A DNA stretch of 64,000 bases, taken from Zygnema circumcarinatum SAG 698-1b. Taxonomy: Eukaryota > Plantae > Zygnematophyceae. Under the pieces are notes generated by a model, which had not been told where the DNA came from, searched no databases, and saw nothing but the letters and a program-made list of their open reading frames with translations. The position numbers and the translations under genes are program-made. Shown here one piece after another: positions 56,273 through 64,000 of this stretch (position 1 is the first letter of the stretch; the number at the start of each line of letters is the position of its first letter). The stretch spans positions 1,292,689-1,356,688 of the forward strand of contig CM074809.1 in the NCBI GenBank assembly GCA_037447605.1. Reading direction: 5' to 3'.

Positions 56273-57997
56273 ATGGCTCCGAAGGTGAAGAAAGCAAAGG
56301 TGAAAGCGGAGATCGTGGAGGGCTCGGATGGGGAGGAGGAGGTGAAGGTGAAGAAGGGCAGCAAGGTGAAGAAGGCAGGTGAGGAGGGGGGATCGTCTCG
56401 CAGTAAGAAGGAGAAATCGAAGGAGGGGAGTTCCCATAAGGAGGAGGGAGGCTCGTCTCGGAGCAAGAAGGAGAAATCGAAGGAGGATGGCTCCCATAAG
56501 GAGGAGGGAAGCTCCAAGTCGAGCAAGAGTTCGGGGAAGAAGAAGAGCAGCACCAAGCATGTGGCGGGCCATCAAGCCAACCTCCTGTATGCCATGGTGA
56601 CTCGTGGCAAGGTGGTTCTGGTCCATCATACTCCTTTCACAGGGAACTTTGCAGACGTGGCTCTCAAGTGCTTGGAGGAGCTGCCTCATAACAATAACCG
56701 CTTTTCGCTCAACCATCGAGACTATGTTCTGAACTTCCTCATCGAAAACGGCATAAGTAAAGCTTTTACTTTCTAATTGCGGCTCGCTCTCAGCACCAAA
56801 TGTTTTCCGCATGTTGAAGCAACAGAATGAGCGGACTGGCAGGCGGGCAATGAGGGCGGCGGTCCCTATTTTTTTGCGATAGTTTTGCATTTTGGTCTTC
56901 GTCTAATGAAAGCAGATGGTTTCGCAGACATGGCTAACAGCTTCTGCTTCTTGCAGCCTATGCGGTGGTATGCGATAAAAACGTGCCAAACGAGACAGCG
57001 TTTGGTTTCTTAGGGCGGGTCAAAGATGATTTTTCGATTCGTCTCGGCAAAAAAGCGGCACAAGCAGCAGCTTACGGCTTACAGAAAGAATTTGGGTAAG
57101 TGTAAGAGCCCTGTCCTGCTGCTGCTCGCCAGACATCAGAATTATGTTTAAAGCTTGCTCTCCCGAACAAAAATAGTCTTCCAGCTTGGGAGCGATTCAG
57201 GCACTACCTGTGCGAATTTGCTGCCGCTACTGTACTCATTATGTTTTCTACATAGTTTGCTTATATTAAAGTAGATGATCGCCTACGTGTTGCAGGTCAA
57301 GGCTAAGCGAGCATATGCAATACATTACGGAGCATCCGGAGGAAGTCAACAAGTTTTCAAAGATCAAGACACAAGTGGCCGAGGTTAAGGGCGTGATGAA
57401 ACAAAATATTGAAAAGGTATGTCACGTCACTTGGTCCACGCTGCTTTTTTACTTCTATTCGGCTCCTGGGAGTGGAAGCTTCGCTGGGAAGGGCATACAG
57501 CTGTTGGTTATGATCTCCAGCATTTCGCTGCATCAAATTGCTTGAATTGGTTTGGAATAATCTCCTGCCTTATGATGCGTGATGAACAGGCTTTGCAACG
57601 TGGAGAGAAGCTGGAGACATTGCAAACAAAGACGGACATGATGAAAAGCCAGGCAAGTCATAGGAGAGAGAAACCGGTACTGTGCAGAGGTGGAATCTGT
57701 GCGGAAGTTGAAAGAGTTCAATTCAGTCTTTTGGGACGGGCAAGTTGCAAGTTCATCCTTTTTCGATGCTGTATATCTTGCCAGAATCTTGAGATTTGGG
57801 TTAAACAAAGAAATATTTCATTGACTTTTGCTGTGGCTGCTGTCTGTCTACAGGCGCAGTTGTTTCAAAAGCAGGGCGATCAAATCAAGCAAAAGATGTG
57901 GTTCGAGAACATGAAAGTGAAGTTGATCATATTCTCCGGATTCATTGTCCTCGGGCTTGTTGCGTACGTCTCCCTCTTCGGCAGCCCCTTCAGTTGA
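56273..57997 (+). CDS. VAMP72: VAMP72-family longin R-SNARE (paralog B) with ~100-aa Lys/Glu/Ser-rich N-terminal extension, 5 exons
   Basis: [35 protein letters not shown] (longin); [12 protein letters not shown]; [28 protein letters not shown]|[15 protein letters not shown] (R 0-layer); [12 protein letters not shown] followed by a TM segment. Confidence 0.92.
56382..56510 (+). repeat. 60-bp tandem duplication in the VAMP72-B first exon ([15 protein letters not shown][G/D][S/G]SHK x2)
   Basis: gaggaggggggatcgtctcgcagtaagaaggagaaatcgaaggagg.. is repeated 60 bp downstream with few substitutions. Confidence 0.9.
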
Positions 57998-59286
57998 GCA
58001 TGCTCCCATTCTCTGCGGCCATTCACCTCCTTCGTTCAAACGTCATCCAAGCTCGTCACATTTCGAGCCTTGCGGTTTTCGCTCTTTAGGAAGAAAATGG
58101 AGGAGGCAATCTCTTTTCTTTTGTTTAATCATAGCGTATATAGCCGATGGGATCCCCTGTAAATTTTGTTCAGTTACGCTCATCTCCTGTACTCTCCTCG
58201 GTAGAACATTAAATGTTCTATCAATTCAGAGGGGGGTGTAGGTGTTCACGTAGGGCTGACTGCATGCGGCAGGCCCTGATTGGACCTGCAGACAAGAAGT
58301 AGTGGAAATAACGCTGGTGCTCAGCAGTAGTAGTCACTCTTTGGGGGCTTCCAAGGAGAATTTTTATTTTGACGGTAGGGCTTTCAGATGAGAAGGGATA
58401 GGGGCAAAATGAGGTGTGAGATATATGACATAGGTTTGGCGCACAGTTGCTGTGGTGGGAGGCACAGCTCAAGTGAAGTTGTGAGGCATCAGGATTTTGC
58501 GGTTGGTCGATTGTGAACAGAAACCATTGAATTCATTGCTGTTCAAACTCGTCCAAATGTGTGTGATTCCGAAATGTGTGAGTCAGATCTCTCGGAAAAG
58601 ACAAAACGCTTTACGTATTTTCTTGTCGAGTTGGTTTTGTGCCTACGGACAGATGTTCAAAACAGTGTTCTGTTTCGAGCCATGAACGAGGGAGGCCCTT
58701 TCACGGCTCAAGAACGTTCGTTCATTTTCGGTCCTTTGAGAGTTGGCGAGTTTGTCACTGCATTTTCCAATTCAGTGCAGACCCAAGTCTCGCCGATTCC
58801 TCCGATGTCCTCTCGTCGTTCAACTCTTTCAACCTTTTCGCGGCTGCTTTTAGGGCTGCGCTGTTGCGCCTAGGCGTAGTTTTCCGCTCCTAGCTTTTTT
58901 CTCTTGTGCTTAGGTCCTTTGCGACCAGTTAGTTCCTCGTGGTTCCCCATGCTGCTGATTTTGTCCATGCACATTTGATGGCCTCATCGCCATCGTCAGA
59001 CCAATACCACTTTCCGTTGTTCTTCCAACCGTTGCGGGTGTGGGTCGTCGACATCAGCGAAGTCTGTAAACGCCGAAAAAGTCGAGCTCGTAAAAAGGTA
59101 AACGAAAATCAAGCAGGAAAACACACCGTTAAGCATGAAACAACAAGCACATACAAAGAAATAAAAATGGATGTTACATAGACATAAACATCCTCGTGCT
59201 CGCCACAGAGCCGCACGGCATCACTGAGCAAGCAAGCGCACTGACTGCTAGCGACCACTAGACCTCTCTCTCACAGCCCTCGTTCG

Positions 59287-59673
59287 TAGGGATGGCCCGC
59301 GTTATAAATTCCGAATATATTATATAATTTACAACGGGTTTAAAAGTAGTAATATATTACAAAGTAAAACATTTTATTACATATATTATACCCACTCGTT
59401 TTGAACAATTAACGACCGTACGACCGTACTCATACGGTCGTACCATACCAAAATTAGGTCGTTTTGGCGTTGGCGTTGCGAAATGCGTCCGTCTGGTTCA
59501 CTCTGTCTGCTCGTGCATCCGTACCGCATAATACCGTACAGTCGTTCGACCGTACGATCGTCCGACCGTACATGTTGTAAAGGCGTTGTAAATTAATATA
59601 TATCAGCCGTTATCTAGTCGTCACAGTTGTATAATATAATATATATTATATAGTCGTAACAAATCCATCCCTA
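59287..59673. mobile_element. Non-autonomous hAT-superfamily (Ac/Ds-like) MITE, 387 bp
   Basis: Left end TAGGGATGG (59287) and right end CCATCCCTA (ends 59673) are perfect inverted repeats resembling the Ac/Ds TIR (C/T)AGGGATGAAA. Flanking 8-mers CTCGTTCG (59279-86) and CTCGTTAG (59674-81) match at 7 of 8 positions. Internal inverted pair AATTTACAACG (59326-36) / CGTTGTAAATT (59584-94). Repeated ACCGTAC motifs. No ORF. Confidence 0.85.
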
Positions 59674-60544
59674 CTCGTTAGTAGCTGTCAGAGTCAGAGC
59701 CAGCTCACGATTCTATGATAAATCAACCTCTCAAAACCACTGCCGTAAAACCGATCAGGTTGGAAAACAAAAGAAATTAAAGAGCTTGACTTCTCAAAAA
59801 AAAAAAAACTTTCAAAACCAGTTTCTCAAAAAAAAACCCTATGTTTGTGAACACGATTCAGTTTGAGAAATGAGAAATGGATTTCTATTTTTTTTTTCAT
59901 CAATTGATTTTTTATTGAGAACCAACTGAACATTGAACAAATGATTATCGTTCGTGTTCAGTTTGAGTTTTCCTTGGGTCCACCGAGCAACAATGAGATT
60001 TTAGCGGATCGCAAAGCACGTGGACCCCGAGGCCCGTACACAAAATGTTGATCGGCTCGCGCGAAAATGGGCCCCGGGTTAACCGATCCCTCGAACCGCA
60101 CGGGGCTAACGTAGCCAAAATTGGAATCCACACGACCAAACATATCGAGTCTTTGAACTTTTTGTTTTTGCTTTCTTAAACCGAAAAAGTTTGGACCTTG
60201 ACTGCTCTAAGTTCAACCCCATTCAATAAGACTGAGAATTGAGAAATTAAGTAAACTCGTTTCATAATTTCTCAACCTGTTCGGATTTACGGAACTGCTG
60301 AAAACTACAGGTACTGTACTGCAAAATACAAAGAAAACCTAACTGTTCACACTAAAGCCTAGAACAGGCGCACCGACGCCCACAAACATGGCCAACACAC
60401 ACTACCTACAAAAGAGAAGGCTCTAAACGTCACAGCACATGAAGCGCGCACACTTATTGAAGGGCGGCTGTGTCGGAGAGCTCCCGCGAGGGGGATGAAA
60501 CCTCCCTGCGGCAAAACCTACGCCTTGCATTTACCTACCAGGCC

Positions 60545-63500
60545 CTACACGCTCCTTGAGAACATGTGCACGGACGACATGGCGGCAGGCGGTGCCGCCC
60601 GGGCCCAGCTAGGGAGAGTCCAGCCCCCATGGCGTTTGTTCAGGGTGTACTCGTCTTGGGGCGAATCAGGACGTGACACCTGGCAAAGCAATGCCGGTCC
60701 ACGTCAGAACGTATGCAGGCAAATACACGCATTTTGACGACTCAGGATCGAGGAGGTTTCGTGCACGAGAGTGCATATGGGCTTGGAAGTGAAAGGAAAA
60801 AGCAGAAGTTTCAAGAGCAATAGTTTAATGATGATAACTACTGAGTTTCAACCGGGGGTATAAAGCTGGGACATACTCTCATCGTCTTCAACGACGGGCG
60901 TGAAGATTTCACAATTCGCAGAACTTGATCGCGAGAAACTTGCAGGCAGCCGACTATGTTGAGCTCCTTCAAATAAGTCGAGCTCCTAACTGCAGTGATA
61001 AGGCTTTCTGCAGCCAGCTGGCAACTATGGGGGATGGACAGGTGCTTGAGGTTGCTGCAGTTTGCAATAATAGACGTAAGCCCTGCACACGCAGATAACA
61101 ACATGAATAGCAGAGATCAAAACCTGGTCAGGATAAAATATATCTTAAAATGATACACATACACGGTGTGACAGAGGTTGCCACAGGGAGCAAGAGTGTT
61201 CGACTACAAAAAGGAGGCTCTTACTTGAAGATGTTCGGATGCTTTTCCTGATATGCTTCCACTACTTGAACATATTGGAATAACAGCAAGCACTGCCACA
61301 AAGGTGCAATTGTTCCAAACCTCACCTTCATTTGTGATTCCGCAGGATGGTAAGCTAAGGGTCTCTAAAGATGGGCATGCTATGGAAAATGAAGTGCCAG
61401 TTATCTGCGGTGAGCTTTTGCTAGTCAGCATGGTCAGACGCTTGCAGCTTTTCAGAACCATCTCTAGCCCTGCATCACTGATAGTGCTGCAGTTTGCTAG
61501 ATACAGCTCTGTAAGGGCAGCGCAATTCGTTGCGATTCCCTGCGACATCAAACAGCAAAACCAAGAATTAGAACTTAGCAGGGAACGAGTTAAGTGCAGC
61601 AAGATGACTTGCAATACATTGTTCTGCACTGTCAGAAATGCTGGCAATACAACTCTCCTACCTTGCATTTTCTACTGGCAACATCCACAAGAGAGACTCA
61701 CCTGAAGAAAAATGTCGGTGATCAGTTCCCCGTTGACACGGAGACTCTGAAGACATGCCAAACCTCCATTCTGAACATTGATGGAGTTTGCTCCTACTCC
61801 AGTGCCAGACAGCACCAAATTCTCAAGCTGCGGAGCGGGACAAACCACCATAGCCGTCAGTGACTTGATTCCAAATAGTTGATGCCATTGCCATATCAGG
61901 TCCGAGATGCTGAGACTAATGCCATACAGATACTCAAATAATGGTAAACCTACCTGTTGCATGAATAATACAACTTTGCAAACATTTGAAAAGTTTCCAG
62001 AACAATCTGTAAAGATGAACTAACAAGTCAGTTTGATGCCACACCTTCTTGCAACCCTTTATCGCCGCATCAAGGCCGACATCTCCAACTCGCTCACAGG
62101 CATGGAGATCCAGCGTAGTTAGCGAAGGGCAGCCCCTGGTAAGTCCTTGGAGAACATCATCATCAACATGCTTGCTTCCACGCAAACTGAGCACCTTCAA
62201 GCGTTGACAACCTTTAGCGACCTTCATCATTGCTTCACGGCTGAGTTGTCCCCATTTCCCCCAACCATAGTCGAGGTAGAGCTTCTCCAAAAGCTTGCTG
62301 TTACAATACCATATCACAGGAAGGACACTGAGTTAGAGACCAATCCAAACAGAATTCCAGTTCAGGACGTACGGCTAATTATCAAGTCGATCTTTACCCT
62401 CAGAAAAAAAAAGCATGGAGAAAAAAGACAAACAACATCAATCGGTGAGGCAAATGGTTCGAGACCTGTGTTTGCCAATAGCTGCAAGGCCCGTTTCTCC
62501 TACATCCACAACTCCCAAGTGCAAGGTCTGCGCCAAAAAATAACGCATTTTAGTCAATTACATCCTCTAAATGCAACAACGGTTTCCGCGAACCACTAAA
62601 AATAGTTTTGTTTAACTACAAATGGGTGCAATTTCCAAAAAAATAGGAGTTACATAAGAGACTTCTGTCCTCCCAAGTGTTTTTCCACACTAGAAAATTT
62701 CTATCAGCCCGCACTCGCATCCAGTTTCTGAGCCACTGAGGGTGCAGCCACTAATGTGAAACTGCCCAAATGAGATATACCTGAAGCTGGAGACATCCAG
62801 ATGCAACATAAGCGATACCTTCTCCAGTCACCGATTTGCAGTGCTTCAGATCTAGTTCGCGTAATAATGGCATGCCCTCACCAATAGCTTGAAGCGCAAC
62901 ATCTGCACACACAATAAATCTGATCACATTAGCTGAAATACTCCTCTTTGCACTTGTAAAAATCTAAACACAGTCGCTCATTTCTCAGCTAATAGTTCCT
63001 CAACGACACGAGTTGATTGCATGTCTTCTTGCTGCAGTAACTATGACTTTACAACGCAACTTACCCGTTACATCAGTGAACGAAATGTCAAGTTCTTCGA
63101 TCTTGTGGCAATTTCTTGCAATATTGACTACAACGCTATCACTCATGCAAGGAGCTGATCGCAGTCGGAGTTGGCGGAGTGCCACACAATATGTGCCGAT
63201 TGCCAACAGCGCTGTATCCGGCCCTTTGTAGCCAGTGATGGATAACGATTCCAGTTTGCGACAGCCACGAGCCAGTGCAATGAGACCGGAACCGCCATCC
63301 GTGTGCTTATAACTGTCAGATACTTGCAGTTCCTTTAGTAGTGGACAGCTTCGCCCAGCTTCAGCAAGTACCTCTTCGGAACAATCGTACAGAAAGCCTA
63401 GATTGAGATATTTGAGGTGCCTGAAGCGGCCCAAGATTCTATGGATCTTTGCAGCCTGCACATGATAAGCATCAGTGAACAACAGAATAAGACAACAGCG

Positions 63501-64000
63501 GTGATACTGGAAGCAAGAATAAGCAAAATCAACTCTCCAACGACAAAAAATGGTATGCACACCACAAGGGCGTGTCAAACTTTGATAACGCACTTCGGGA
63601 TCTATTTCGAACACAGTACTCTCGAATTTCGAGCTTAGTGCTTACGCAGGAATGCATATACTGGCTTGAAATTCAGATTGTTTGGAAAAGTCAAAAGGTT
63701 TATAAACCTACTACGAAAAGAAACATCTCGATTCCAATGGAAGTTACTGTCCGAAACAACTCACATTGTATCCAAAACGCACAATTGTAACAACAATTGC
63801 ACACGAATCTTCATTTTACTGAGGAAGTGATTGTTTGTATGCCTCACCTTGTGGCCTTGCAAGCTGAGAGAAGATTTGACAACATTGGCTACACTGTACC
63901 AGCGCCTTGAGACTAGCGAAATATCTCGAAAAACAAGTTTCTTGGACGTATCTTGCGTCTCCAGCTTCTGCGTACACCAATCACTAAGTTACCAAAACTG
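60545..64000 (-). CDS. F-box/LRR-repeat protein (FBXL/RNI-like cysteine-containing LRRs), 5' end beyond the window
   Basis: F-box-like end SLVSRRW near 63900. Repeats such as RSCPLLKELQVS, ARGCRKLESLSIT, RNCHKIEELDIS, RGCPSLTTLDLHAC, TNCAALTELYLANC, ANCSNLKHLSI. A probable last exon VSRPDS..FSRSV* follows the donor AGA|gtatgt. Confidence 0.88.

Noticed and set aside
55700-56890. Minus-strand Ser/Pro/Leu/Phe-rich ORFs (126-209 aa)
   Set aside because: Antisense shadows of the purine-rich VAMP72-B 5' region.

Overview
Gene-dense (~13 genes in 64 kb), intron-rich eukaryotic nuclear DNA from a green plant-lineage organism. PsaO, MOC1, VAMP72s, a C3H14/15-type zinc finger and a plant-type Trp/Tyr permease, together with an IDO, suggest a streptophyte alga (inference). 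Genes were assembled by hand from ORFs plus GT/GC-AG junctions. In order: tandem CCCH zinc-finger protein (+); indoleamine 2,3-dioxygenase (-), head-to-head with a Trp/Tyr permease (+); DnaJ-type zinc-finger plastid protein (+); PsaO (-); phosphatidylserine synthase (-); putative glycosyltransferase-like protein (+); NOL10/Enp2 (-); VAMP72 paralog A (+); MOC1 resolvase (+); an unknown single-pass membrane protein with an SGP-motif tail (+); VAMP72 paralog B with a charged N-terminal extension (+); and an F-box/LRR gene (-) truncated by the window edge. Non-coding features include a hAT-type MITE with TIRs and a near-perfect 8-bp TSD, a 22-bp-period G-box array, a ~295-bp CATG hexamer array, long (AG)n tracts and a 10-N assembly gap. 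The best candidate for an undescribed system is the divergent IDO / Trp-Tyr permease pair, both with presequence-like N-termini. All family assignments come from motif recognition, not database searches. No tRNA, rRNA or CRISPR array was recognised.
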